From contig CAXXOU010000004.1 in assembly GCA_963677495.2 (NCBI GenBank), positions 160,001 through 224,000 of the forward strand: a DNA stretch of 64,000 nt, given 5' to 3'. This document shows, piece by piece, positions 50,741-60,392 of the stretch. The stretch is from Candidatus Cloacimonadales bacterium. GTDB taxonomy: Bacteria > Cloacimonadota > Cloacimonadia > Cloacimonadales > JAFGVF01. The position numbers and the translations under genes are program-made. The notes under the pieces were generated by a model. The model made no database searches. It worked only from the letters and a program-made list of their open reading frames with translations, and was not told the origin of the DNA. Position 1 is the first letter of the stretch; each line of letters begins with the position of its first letter.

Positions 50741-51850
50741 TTAGCTTAGAAGTGCAAGGATGATTCCACCTGCAACAACTGACCCAATCTGCCCTGCAAC
50801 ATTAGCGCTTACGGCAGGCATGAGTAGGAAGTTGAACGGATCTTCTTTTAATCCCATTTTATGTATGACACGGGCTGACATTGGGAAGGCTGAAATTCCA
50901 CATGCACCAATCATCGGATTTATTTTCTTCTTAATAAACAGATTCAAGAGTTTTGCAAACAGCACACCACCGGCTGTGTCGAATATGAAAGCAACCAATC
51001 CAAGGCACATAATGAACAATGTCTTTGTTTGAAGGAAATCCTCTCCTGTCATCTTGGTTGCAATAGCAATACCCAGCAGGATTGTAACAATATTGCCAAG
51101 TTCCTTCTGTGCAGTTAATGATAATGATTCAAGCACACCACATTCTCTTATAAGGTTACCAAACATGAGGAATCCAATAAGCGCAGCTGATTCCGGAGCA
51201 ATAAGCCCTGCGAGTAGCGTTATCATAATAGGGAAGATAATCTTTACTGATTTAGGTATATCACTTGTGTTATAATCCATACGGATCTTACGCTCTTTGC
51301 TGGTTGTAAGTAGTTTTACCACAGGTGGTTGGATAATAGGTACTAAAGCCATGTATGAGTATGCAGCTACAGAGATAGGACCTAAAAGGTCTTTAGCAAA
51401 CTTTGAGGCTACATATATAGATGTTGGACCATCAGCTGCACCAATAATGCCTATTGATGCTGCTTCTCTGATAGGAAAACCGATTAAAGCAGCCATAGAG
51501 ATAGTGAAGAATATACCGAATTGGGCTGCTGCACCGAACAAGAGCATGAGCGGATTGGTTAATAATGGTGTGAAGTCAATCATAGCACCAATAGCGATGA
51601 ATATCAGTAAAGGAAACAACTCATTGGCAATTCCAAAGTCAAACAGGACTCTCATAGCTCCATGAGGGCTTATAGTTCCCACAAGCTCAGCCATGGGAAG
51701 ATTTGCCAGTATTGTACCAAAACCAATAGGTAATAGTAAAGCAGGCTCATACTCTTTCTTGATTGCGAGATAGATTAGTATGAAGCCAATCAATATCATA
51801 ATTGTACTTTTAAGCTCAATCGCCATTATTCCACGAAACAATTCCTGCAT
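50741..51850 (-). CDS. Sodium ion-translocating decarboxylase beta subunit (OadB/MmdB/GcdB family)
   Basis: EP.LLLPIGFG, GAAAQFGI, IGAADGPT, AYSYMALVP, ANVAGQIGS. Confidence 0.93.
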   Translation of the reverse strand: MQELFRGIMAIELKSTIMILIGFILIYLAIKKEYEPALLLPIGFGTILANLPMAELVGTISPHGAMRVLFDFGIANELFPLLIFIAIGAMIDFTPLLTNPLMLLFGAAAQFGIFFTISMAALIGFPIREAASIGIIGAADGPTSIYVASKFAKDLLGPISVAAYSYMALVPIIQPPVVKLLTTSKERKIRMDYNTSDIPKSVKIIFPIMITLLAGLIAPESAALIGFLMFGNLIRECGVLESLSLTAQKELGNIVTILLGIAIATKMTGEDFLQTKTLFIMCLGLVAFIFDTAGGVLFAKLLNLFIKKKINPMIGACGISAFPMSARVIHKMGLKEDPFNFLLMPAVSANVAGQIGSVVAGGIILALLS

Positions 51851-51899
51851 ATATTCTCCAATAAAATCAGTATGAATTCACTTTTCTAATCACAGTAAA

Positions 51900-52298
51900 T
51901 TAATCAATGTATTTTTTGTATTCTTCCATTATCTCTTTGGGTAAACGAGTTGGGCGCCCATTTTTAACAAAAGCACCAAATACAGTCAATGTGCTACAAA
52001 GATCATTATTCTGATTATAAATCTCTTGGTACCAACGACCTTTAACTCTATTTAACTCCTGAATATGAGTCTCGATTCTTATCTTTTCACCAAAACATAC
52101 ACCTTTTTTATAGTCAAGCTCTACACGTATAACAAATATTCCCATCTCCAAATCACTAAGCGCATGGATTGAGTACTTGGTCTCATCCAATGCTTCACTT
52201 CTTGCCTCTTCATAAATCTGAAGATAGTTTGCATTATTCATATGACCATAGATATCACATTCATACCCATAAATCTTGCGACTATATGTAAATGCCAT
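51900..52298 (-). CDS. Acyl-CoA thioesterase (YbgC/4HBT family)
   Basis: ECDIYGHMNNANY...EEAR motif; start moved to ATG after GGAGGA. Confidence 0.88.
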   Translation of the reverse strand: MAFTYSRKIYGYECDIYGHMNNANYLQIYEEARSEALDETKYSIHALSDLEMGIFVIRVELDYKKGVCFGEKIRIETHIQELNRVKGRWYQEIYNQNNDLCSTLTVFGAFVKNGRPTRLPKEIMEEYKKYID

Positions 52299-52371
52299 TT
52301 CATCCTCCAAAATATTATCTTTTAGTGTTTCATATATGTAATAAGGGATGTTGTCAAGGAATGTATTTATT

Positions 52372-52409
52372 TTATGGAGTGCACCAACTGTGTAGGTGCG
52401 TCTTGTCAC
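52372..52409. repeat. Repeat module M2 copy
   Basis: Matches 4251-4288 with 2 mismatches. Confidence 0.85.
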
Positions 52410-52508
52410 ACAACTCTTAGATGAGTCCTTCAGTACTCCTGGAAGTATCTGACAAACTCCATGAAACAGATCTCTACCTAATTATCCTCCAAATTTTCCC
52501 TGCTGGCG

Positions 52509-52700
52509 AATTTTCCCAATTTTGCACCAATTTTGCCCTGCTTCATCCCTTCCGGTTCCGTGACTAAAAAGGTGTTTCAAAGGTAATCCACAGGTGACCC
52601 TCTCGTGACCCTCTCGTGGAAGGCCTCGAATTATCCACATGATGTGGATAACTTGAATATCTATGAAAAACTTGTCGTAGTCACGCGACTGGAAGGGATG
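52509..52700. repeat. ~200-bp dispersed element with terminal inverted repeats and inverted DnaA-box pair (copy 2)
   Basis: Arms 52544-52579 / 52664-52700; TTATCCACA-tga-TGTGGATAA at 52631-52651. Confidence 0.85.
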
Positions 52701-52787
52701 CATAAGGCTTAGTTTTCGATAAACAATGTAGACTTATAAATGGTGAAAGGGTTGAATGTGAGTTTAGCTACTAAGTTGATACAATAG

Positions 52788-52818
52788 AAAAAAGCTGTTG
52801 AGACATCTCAACAGCTTT
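52788..52818 (-). terminator. Intrinsic terminator after secG-tRNA
   Basis: AAAGCTGTTGAGA-ca-TCTCAACAGCTTT hairpin with A-run. Confidence 0.8.
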
Positions 52819-52821
52819 AAA

Positions 52822-52910
52822 TGGTGCAGAAGGCGGGACTTGAACCCGCACACCCAGATTAGGGCACAAGATCCTTAGTCTTGCGTGTCTGCCAATTCCA
52901 CCACTTCTGC
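52822..52910 (-). tRNA. tRNA-Leu, anticodon AAG
   Basis: GCAGAAG/CTTCTGC acceptor, discriminator A + CCA, GGCAGAC D-loop, CAAGA-CTAAGGA-TCTTG anticodon arm, long variable arm, GTTCAAG T-loop. Confidence 0.95.
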
Positions 52911-52917
52911 GTAAAGT

Positions 52918-53268
52918 TTATTCAGTTGGAGCAGGAGTCTCAGCCGGGGCTTCAGTTACAGGAACGACTGCATCTGTTGCCGGAGCTTCTTCAGGAGCTT
53001 CCTGAGTCCAATCAATGTTACTCTTTGGAGCTTTAGGAGATCTGTCAGATTTCACATAAAGTGCCATTGAAATACATGAGAGTAAAAATACTCCACCAAG
53101 TATCTTTGTCCATTTCTTAAGAAATGCACTAGCACCGGTTCCGCCCATAACACCTTGAGCAACGCTACCAAAGTTGGAATCTAATCCACCTTTAGATGTT
53201 TGAGCCAAAATAACAAGCACTAAGGCAACTGCTATCAGTACGTGTACTACAAATAACAAATATAACAT
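52918..53268 (-). CDS. secG: Preprotein translocase subunit SecG
   Basis: Two TM helices around ILAQTSKGGL..FG; synteny with downstream tRNA-Leu. Confidence 0.9.
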   Translation of the reverse strand: MLYLLFVVHVLIAVALVLVILAQTSKGGLDSNFGSVAQGVMGGTGASAFLKKWTKILGGVFLLSCISMALYVKSDRSPKAPKSNIDWTQEAPEEAPATDAVVPVTEAPAETPAPTE

Positions 53269-53389
53269 TTCATCTCCATTGCTTTATTGTGGTGCTTTTA
53301 TATTTGAGTCCGTTTCTGTGTCAATAAAAAAGAAAAAAAAGTGTTAACTAAATCTTCTCGACAACGGATAAGCACCTTGTTATCAATCT

Positions 53390-54391
53390 TTAACCTATAC
53401 CGATTGCCTTTCTTACTCGTTTGATTGTTTCTGCTGCAATTGAGCGTGCACGCTCACCACCGAGTTTTAATTGCTGATCGATATAGTCTTTATTATCCAT
53501 TAAGTCGTTGTATCGTTCTCTGTATGGTGCAATCTGCTCATTCATGGCTTCAAATAAAGCCTGTTTAGCTTCACCCCAGCCCATGCCACCGGCAGTGTAA
53601 CGATTGCGCAGGGCTTCAATTTGCTCTGCATTGGCAAAAAGCTTATATAGGGTGAAAACAGAGCATGTATCAGGATCTTTAGGTTCCTCAATAGTCTGTG
53701 AGTTTGTTACTATCTTCATTACCTTCTTTCTTAGCTTCTTTTCAGGAAGGAACATTGGGATAGTATTATTATAACTCTTAGACATTTTTCTACCATCAAG
53801 TCCTACAACAGTCTGTGATGCAGGAGTAGAGTATGGCTCAGGAATTACAAGTACATCCTCTTTATAGGTATGATTAATTGTTTGAGCTATATCAACTCCC
53901 ATCTCAATATGCTGGAACTGGTCTTTACCAACAGGTACGAAATTAGTATCGAAGAGCAGAATGTCAGCAGCCATAAGGATTGGATAAGTATATAGTCCCA
54001 TGTTCACACCGATGTCCTGGTCTTTTCCCTCTTCGTTATTTGCTTGGACCATAGCTTTATAAGCGTGTGCCCTATTCATAAGACCTTTGGGTGTGTAAGC
54101 CATAAGAATAACTGCAAGGTCGAAGGTTTCAGGTACGTCAGACTGACGATAGAAGAGTACCTCTTCGGGATTTAGTCCACATGCAAGCCATGCTGCTGCA
54201 ATTTCATATATATAGTCTTTTAAAAGCTTAGGGTCTCTAATCTGGTTCAATGCGTGATAATCTGCAATGAAATACCTAGCATCAAACTTTTTTGCAAGTT
54301 CTAAAGCCGGTCTAATAGAACCTATATAGTTACCTATATGTGGCTCTCCTGTAGGTTTAATTCCTGTTAAAGAAACTTTTCTTGATGTCAT
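53390..54391 (-). CDS. trpS: Tryptophan--tRNA ligase
   Basis: TGIKPTG.PHIGNY, YPILMAADIL, VPVGKDQ, KMSKS. Confidence 0.96.
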   Translation of the reverse strand: MTSRKVSLTGIKPTGEPHIGNYIGSIRPALELAKKFDARYFIADYHALNQIRDPKLLKDYIYEIAAAWLACGLNPEEVLFYRQSDVPETFDLAVILMAYTPKGLMNRAHAYKAMVQANNEEGKDQDIGVNMGLYTYPILMAADILLFDTNFVPVGKDQFQHIEMGVDIAQTINHTYKEDVLVIPEPYSTPASQTVVGLDGRKMSKSYNNTIPMFLPEKKLRKKVMKIVTNSQTIEEPKDPDTCSVFTLYKLFANAEQIEALRNRYTAGGMGWGEAKQALFEAMNEQIAPYRERYNDLMDNKDYIDQQLKLGGERARSIAAETIKRVRKAIGIG

Positions 54392-54542
54392 AACGACTCC
54401 CGTAAATGTAATGCAGGCTAAGTTTAAGGAATAACGATATTAGGCAAGGACAAAATTAATCCCCCATATATTAATAATTATATTTACAATTTAGTGTAGG
54501 ATACTATTCTTTTACTATAGCTAGTGCAAAGGAGTTATTCGA

Positions 54543-56558
54543 ATGAAGAAAGTTAATCTTATCTTGATAAATATTGTATTGTTATTCTCAATTAGTTGTA
54601 ATCTACTTTCAATCATTACATGGGAAAATGTTCCCGAGATCTCAACCCAGATAAACAGAATTAAAACAGCTGATGATGAGATGTTTTTTGCAGGAGAGGA
54701 CCATTGCTACTTAATGGACTCAAACGGAATGATAACAGATATTAATTTACCTGATAGAAGTTTTGTGGATGCATTGAGATTGGAAGATAATAGATATATT
54801 GTAGTTTATGAAGATTTTATGATGGGGGAGAGTTATATTGCCCTTCTAAATACTGTGGATAGCTCTCTTACAAACCTAACTGCTATAAGTAATCCTGGTA
54901 AATTGAGCCATCTTCCCGGTAAAGGCTTGTACACATGCGCAACAAATTCCGGGATGATGTTATCATATGATGGTCTGGCGTGGGGCATGTCAGAACTAAT
55001 GACAAGTCCGACACATCAGATTTTGGAATGTAATCAAGGAATTATTTGTAGAGAAAGTGGTGATCTGTATGAACTACATGATTCAATGAGTTTTGCATAT
55101 AATGGACAAAGTCCAATAACTGCACCAGAACTTAATGAAATCTCAGGGCTTGTAGCTAGTAGACAGCATCCGGGTATATTTTGGGCTATTACAGATTCCG
55201 GGGGAGATGCAGTTGTATATGCCTTGAATAGTTTGGGTGAACTTGTGAATACGTTTCCAATTCCATTGAGTGATAATCGTGACTATGAGGATATTGCAAT
55301 TGGACAACTTGAAGAAGGTGGACCTGAGTATATCTTCATAGCGGACGTTGGGAACAACTCATTAGCTACAGATATTATGCAAATCTATGTTGTACCCGAG
55401 CCGGTGGATGTTTATGGAACTCCAATAGATTTACCTTTAGAGAACGTTTTTCATTTCCAGTATCCGGATCGCAACTATGATTGTGAAACTCTTATGTTTG
55501 ATCCTATTTCAAAAAACTTCTATATTCTGATTAAATCAGATCCGAACAATAGCATCCCGGATAACAAGATGTTCGTTCTTGAAGCTCCACATGAAAACAC
55601 ACTAAGGACTGTTGAGCTAGTTGGAAATCCTGACTTTCCAACGGATTTTGTAGTTAATCGTGGAGCTACAGCCGGTGATATTTCATATGATGGTGGTGAA
55701 ATCTTGGTTAGAACTTATGATCATGTTTATTACTGGCAAAGAGGGGATGATCAGAGTGTTGAAGATGCTATGAATGCACAAGCTGAAGTGCTCCCATATA
55801 ACATCGAGGCTCAAGGTGAGTCAATATGCTGGAACCTTTTCTCGGAAGCATATTATACTGCGAGTGAAACGGTTACTAATATCAGTAGATATACTCGGTC
55901 AGCTTATTCGCAATTACAGGTAAACATTTGGCCGTTGAGAAACATTTTTGTCAATGATGCTAACAACATATTGTTAGCCCGTAATACACCTGAATATGGT
56001 GTCTATGAAGTTGTTTCAAATCTTATTGATGTTGTTAATTTAATCATTCCCGGATATAGAGTGAATGGGATAATTCAGCTTCCTAATACTGATTATGTTT
56101 TGTTTGATATTGATGATAGGGTGGTTTATTATGATGGAATAGCAAATGAGATTGCAGATATTTCAGTCGTGGATACTGTTCATGATGTCGTATATGATGA
56201 AGGAACAGATTATCTGTATGTTGCAGGATTAAATGGTGTTGTTAAGGCATTACGAAATACTCCTATTGAGGAGAATGTTCAACAAGTAACACAAACCTCT
56301 ATAAGCCCTAATCCTTTTATCGATTCTGTTACATTCAAAGTCGATTCAATTATGAAGCAAAAGGACAGTAAAATCACTATATACAATGTTAAAGGACAAC
56401 GAATTTACTCACAAACACAAAGTCTACAGAAAGGACTGAATGAACTACAATGGAATGGTTTAGATAGAAATAATAGATCTGTTCCTACAGGTGTTTACTT
56501 CTACAAAATAGATACAGGTGAGAGTTCATTATCCGGTAAACTTGTAAAGATGAAGTAG
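54543..56558 (+). CDS. Secreted beta-propeller protein with FlgD/T9SS-like CTD
   Basis: Signal peptide; EISGL..DSG..DYEDIA..ADVGNN..DCE..QGESI central domain; SPNPF..YNVKGQ..WNG CTD. Confidence 0.7.
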   Translation: MKKVNLILINIVLLFSISCNLLSIITWENVPEISTQINRIKTADDEMFFAGEDHCYLMDSNGMITDINLPDRSFVDALRLEDNRYIVVYEDFMMGESYIALLNTVDSSLTNLTAISNPGKLSHLPGKGLYTCATNSGMMLSYDGLAWGMSELMTSPTHQILECNQGIICRESGDLYELHDSMSFAYNGQSPITAPELNEISGLVASRQHPGIFWAITDSGGDAVVYALNSLGELVNTFPIPLSDNRDYEDIAIGQLEEGGPEYIFIADVGNNSLATDIMQIYVVPEPVDVYGTPIDLPLENVFHFQYPDRNYDCETLMFDPISKNFYILIKSDPNNSIPDNKMFVLEAPHENTLRTVELVGNPDFPTDFVVNRGATAGDISYDGGEILVRTYDHVYYWQRGDDQSVEDAMNAQAEVLPYNIEAQGESICWNLFSEAYYTASETVTNISRYTRSAYSQLQVNIWPLRNIFVNDANNILLARNTPEYGVYEVVSNLIDVVNLIIPGYRVNGIIQLPNTDYVLFDIDDRVVYYDGIANEIADISVVDTVHDVVYDEGTDYLYVAGLNGVVKALRNTPIEENVQQVTQTSISPNPFIDSVTFKVDSIMKQKDSKITIYNVKGQRIYSQTQSLQKGLNELQWNGLDRNNRSVPTGVYFYKIDTGESSLSGKLVKMK

Positions 56559-56630
56559 ATTTTCTTTGACACTATAGCAAATATTAACTTTATTTAAATA
56601 TACTTATAAAAAGGAACCTAAGGAGATATT

Positions 56631-58238
56631 ATGAAGAAACTGGCACTATTTTTAATATTACTGTTGCCATTAGTACTTTTTGCTCAAGAAGCACAAACTG
56701 AGCAAACTGAACAAGACGGTTTCCAAATGGGCGGTTCTGTAGGAACTGTTACTATTGGAGATAAAATGTACACATCAATCAGGCTTATGCCTGAGCTTGC
56801 TATTTGGAAGTTCGGAATTGGTCTTGATGTTGATCTATTAATTGATGAAGATGGTAACATCAGAGAAGAAGATTGGGATGACTGGGAAGACTATGTAAAC
56901 AAATTCTATTATCTGCGTTTTGCCCGTAGACAAGATCCTTTCTATTTCAAGATTGGTGGCATTAGAGGTTATACATTAGGTAACGGTCTTTTAATGGATA
57001 ACTACTCAAACATGCTTAATTACCCAAATGTAAGACAGATCGGTCTTTATACAGGCTTTAATGCATATAGTCTTGCTAACCTTGGTGGAGAAGTTTTTAC
57101 TTCTAATGTTACAGAGAATGATATCTTAGCCGGTAGAGTTAGAATCAATCCTTTCTACTATACTGCTATTCCATATCTTGATAATTTAATGATTGGAGCT
57201 TCTATCGCAACAGACAGAAACCAGTATAATGGTATTCTTGATACAGATGGCGATAAAGTTCCGGATGCGTTTGATGCTTTCCCTGATGACAAAGATTATG
57301 CAGCTGATACTGATAATGACGGAAAACCGGATGAGATGGATCCGGATAGTGATGGTGATGACCTTTATGATTTCGATGAAGACTATTTCTACGAGCATTG
57401 GCAGGATGAAGTGCAGACTGACCTAACTTGGGAAGATTATAGTGAAGCATTAAATACTCTTGGTTTACTTGATGATGAAGTTGATCTACTTAAACCAACT
57501 GAGATTGGTGATGATGATGCAACTGTTATAGGCCTTGATTATGAATTACCGCTTTTCCCATTGAACGTTGATTGGAAGAACCCACCAAAGTTCTATATTG
57601 CGCATTACTCAGAATATGCTAAGATTATTGATAATGGTGATGGAATAATATTCCCGGGTTTCAAGTTCATCTGGAACCTTTCACCAAACGTATTTAAGCT
57701 TACATCTAATCTTGAATATAGAATCTTCAACGAAAAGTTTATCCCCGGTTACTTTGATGCTCTGTACGATGACCAAAGAGCACGAATCAAATCTGATGGT
57801 GATAGCTTAAGAATTGAACTCAAAGAAGAAACTCTTGATGATATAGCTGCATCACAAGGTTGGTATGGTAAACTTCGAATTGACTTGTTCCAGTTCCTAT
57901 TCGCATCAGTTGCTTATCAGCATATGACAGCAGATGATAATGTACAGGATTTTGAAGCTTATCAATCTATCTGGGCAAATGCAGGTGTGAACCTTAATAT
58001 TGTACCTGTTGTAAAAGATGCATCAATTGGATACTCACAAACAAATGTGGATAAAATCAGATACTTAGAAGATGAGAATGCTTATGTTTTTGGACAAGTT
58101 AAAGCAGAAGTTTCTCCTAATACAATGCTTGTTGGTAAATACCAAGTATTCTGGAACGATATTGACGACAATGGTAAGATAGAAGGTAGTGAAGAAACTA
58201 CTGAGACTTACTCTGTTGGTGTTGAATTCAAATTCTAA
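56631..58238 (+). CDS. Outer-membrane/surface protein with thrombospondin type-3-like Ca-binding repeats
   Basis: Signal peptide, DTDGDKVPD..DAFPDD, DTDNDGKPD..DPDSDGD, C-terminal GVEFKF. Confidence 0.65.
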   Translation: MKKLALFLILLLPLVLFAQEAQTEQTEQDGFQMGGSVGTVTIGDKMYTSIRLMPELAIWKFGIGLDVDLLIDEDGNIREEDWDDWEDYVNKFYYLRFARRQDPFYFKIGGIRGYTLGNGLLMDNYSNMLNYPNVRQIGLYTGFNAYSLANLGGEVFTSNVTENDILAGRVRINPFYYTAIPYLDNLMIGASIATDRNQYNGILDTDGDKVPDAFDAFPDDKDYAADTDNDGKPDEMDPDSDGDDLYDFDEDYFYEHWQDEVQTDLTWEDYSEALNTLGLLDDEVDLLKPTEIGDDDATVIGLDYELPLFPLNVDWKNPPKFYIAHYSEYAKIIDNGDGIIFPGFKFIWNLSPNVFKLTSNLEYRIFNEKFIPGYFDALYDDQRARIKSDGDSLRIELKEETLDDIAASQGWYGKLRIDLFQFLFASVAYQHMTADDNVQDFEAYQSIWANAGVNLNIVPVVKDASIGYSQTNVDKIRYLEDENAYVFGQVKAEVSPNTMLVGKYQVFWNDIDDNGKIEGSEETTETYSVGVEFKF

Positions 58239-58345
58239 AGTATTAATTGATAATAGAAGGGGACTTGCGGTTGCAAGTCCCTAAATCTATGTAAAACGAC
58301 ATTCCGGGTCGTTTAACTTCTATGTTAACTCTCAGCAGATAAAGT

Positions 58346-59035
58346 TTATATCCCTTTCATCACAAGCGTATCCCAAGGTTTCTTAAGATAGTATTTCATA
58401 GTATGTTTCTGCTTGCCATTAAGTCCTTCTCCAACCTTCTCGTCAAAGTCTTTAAGAACAAGGTACTTCTCAAAAGGAAGGTTTAGCTCATCAGCAACTT
58501 CCTGGATTATATCAATCCCATCTTTCACAACTTGTTCATCAGTATACTGCATCATGTTAGAGTTACATACTAGTTCAGTAACTCGCAGGCCTGATGCTTT
58601 TTGCAGCATATCCATCATGCCGAATATCTCGTCTTTATTAGTTGTAAAAGGTCTGTTTGTGTTGATTACAAGATGAAGTTCGTATCCTCTTGTTTTGATG
58701 TCGTGCACGAATCTACCAAGCGTTCTGCAGCCCATAGGGTCACCACCAACATCCAGGACAACATTCTTCTCACGATTCACAATAGCACCACGAATACGTG
58801 GAGAGATCATCGGCAGGTCTGCATGTTTGAATTGTCCATCCGGAGCAATAACTTCTATGCCCTCTTTCTCAAACTCTTCACGAACATCTCTACTCCGGAA
58901 ATAGGGGTTCACAACGTCCATATCAGCTAACACAACATTGTCGTTGCCTTCACTCATCTCTTTTGCCAGATTGATTGAATATTCGCTTTTACCGCTACCG
59001 TATGCACCGATTACAACGATTAACTTGTTTTCCAT
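58346..59035 (-). CDS. MinD/ParA-like P-loop NTPase
   Basis: GAYGSGKSE, DMDVVNPYFRSR, DLP, LDVGGD. Confidence 0.8.
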   Translation of the reverse strand: MENKLIVVIGAYGSGKSEYSINLAKEMSEGNDNVVLADMDVVNPYFRSRDVREEFEKEGIEVIAPDGQFKHADLPMISPRIRGAIVNREKNVVLDVGGDPMGCRTLGRFVHDIKTRGYELHLVINTNRPFTTNKDEIFGMMDMLQKASGLRVTELVCNSNMMQYTDEQVVKDGIDIIQEVADELNLPFEKYLVLKDFDEKVGEGLNGKQKHTMKYYLKKPWDTLVMKGI

Positions 59036-59713
59036 CTATACCTCATTAATGTTTTTCCTAAATATTAATTGAAACTTCTCCAAAAGCTCAAAATGATTTG
59101 CAATAAAATCATTCGCTTCTGCTTTAATCTGCTCATGCTCATGCTTAGCCCATTTGTCATATATCCCAATCGTAGTCATACCTGCATTATTACCGGCTTG
59201 TATTCCTGCAATAGTATCTTCAACAACCAATATATCTTTAGGGGAGATGTTAAGTTTTGTTGCGGTATTAAGATATATGTCAGGATGCGGTTTCCCTTTA
59301 ATGTCATTACTTCCGGTTTGAACATGTAGAAAGTATTCAGATATGTCATTCTTACTTAAGGCCAATGCTGCAAGTTCATCTGAGTTGCTAGTCCCTATTG
59401 CCATCGGTATCTCATTCTCTTTCAAAAACTGCAAAACATCAAGAGCACCCGGTTTCAGACAAATCTCTGTTTTATATAACTCATAAACTCTGTCTGTCCA
59501 TTCCTGCATAATCTCTTCAATAGTTTCAGGAAGGTTAAATCTTTCTTTGAAATACTGAGCTAAACCTGAGTAACTATTCCCTTGGGGAACAGAATCAAAA
59601 AGGTCTTTTGGAACATCTATCCCTCGTTTACCAAGAAAATCTTTATCAACATCAAGCCAAACACCCATTGAGTCAATAAGGGTGCCATCAAGGTCAAAAA
59701 TTACTGCTTTCAT
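59036..59713 (-). CDS. HAD-family phosphatase (beta-PGM-like)
   Basis: FDLDGTLIDS, KP.PDIY, VVED...G..AG..AGM. Confidence 0.88.
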   Translation of the reverse strand: MKAVIFDLDGTLIDSMGVWLDVDKDFLGKRGIDVPKDLFDSVPQGNSYSGLAQYFKERFNLPETIEEIMQEWTDRVYELYKTEICLKPGALDVLQFLKENEIPMAIGTSNSDELAALALSKNDISEYFLHVQTGSNDIKGKPHPDIYLNTATKLNISPKDILVVEDTIAGIQAGNNAGMTTIGIYDKWAKHEHEQIKAEANDFIANHFELLEKFQLIFRKNINEV

Positions 59714-60034
59714 TTACATCTCCTGCAAAACAAAAACTGTGAAAGTACTATAATAGTCAATCACTAAATGCCCTCTTGTCATGCGAGTTTATCTCTATAA
59801 ATAAAAATATTTTAAAAAATAATAACAATTAAAATATTCTTAGCATTGTCATGCTAAATGCTTGGTTATCAGTGTCTTAAGTATTGTATAGTTGCCTTTC
59901 GGTGGCAGTAAAAAAGGTCATATCTGCTTATTTTATCGGTAATTACGTAAATTTGTGTTGACAAATAATCTTTTATCCTGTTTTTTATTATCAGCCTATC
60001 TGCTAAGACTTTATAATTAAAGAAGGAGGAAAAA

Positions 60035-60307
60035 ATGAGTAGAGAAGGATTAATCAAAAAAATAGCCGAAGATGCAGGCTTAACCAAAAAAGTTGCAACT
60101 ACAGCTTTGAATTCCGTATTAGAAGGTATTCAAACAACTCTTGAAGCCGGTGACAAAGTTACTCTTATCGGTTTCGGTACTTTCTCAGTTAAAGAGCGTC
60201 CTGCACGTATGGGCGTTAACCCTCAAACTAAAAAGAAAATTAAAATAGCTGCGAAGAAAGTTCCTGTTTTCAAGGCAGGTGCAAAACTTAAAGAAGCTGT
60301 AAAATAA
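60035..60307 (+). CDS. hup: DNA-binding protein HU
   Basis: VTLIGFGTF, ARMGVNPQT, VPVFKAG..LKEAV. Confidence 0.93.
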   Translation: MSREGLIKKIAEDAGLTKKVATTALNSVLEGIQTTLEAGDKVTLIGFGTFSVKERPARMGVNPQTKKKIKIAAKKVPVFKAGAKLKEAVK

Positions 60308-60327
60308 TTTAATTTTTATTATTTATA

Positions 60328-60358
60328 AAAAGGGATGCTTTTGGCATCCCCTTTTTTA
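60328..60358. terminator. Bidirectional intrinsic terminator
   Basis: GGGATGC-ttttg-GCATCCC hairpin flanked by A- and T-runs between convergent genes. Confidence 0.8.
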
Positions 60359-60392
60359 TTTATAAAACTATCGATTTATATCTTATCAACTA

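Noticed and set aside
54392..54542. T-box upstream of trpS
   Set aside because: Region too short and lacks the T-box consensus
59840..59857. Palindrome TTAGCAT-tgtc-ATGCTAA as an operator between HAD and hup
   Set aside because: Single occurrence in AT-rich DNA with no assignable regulator
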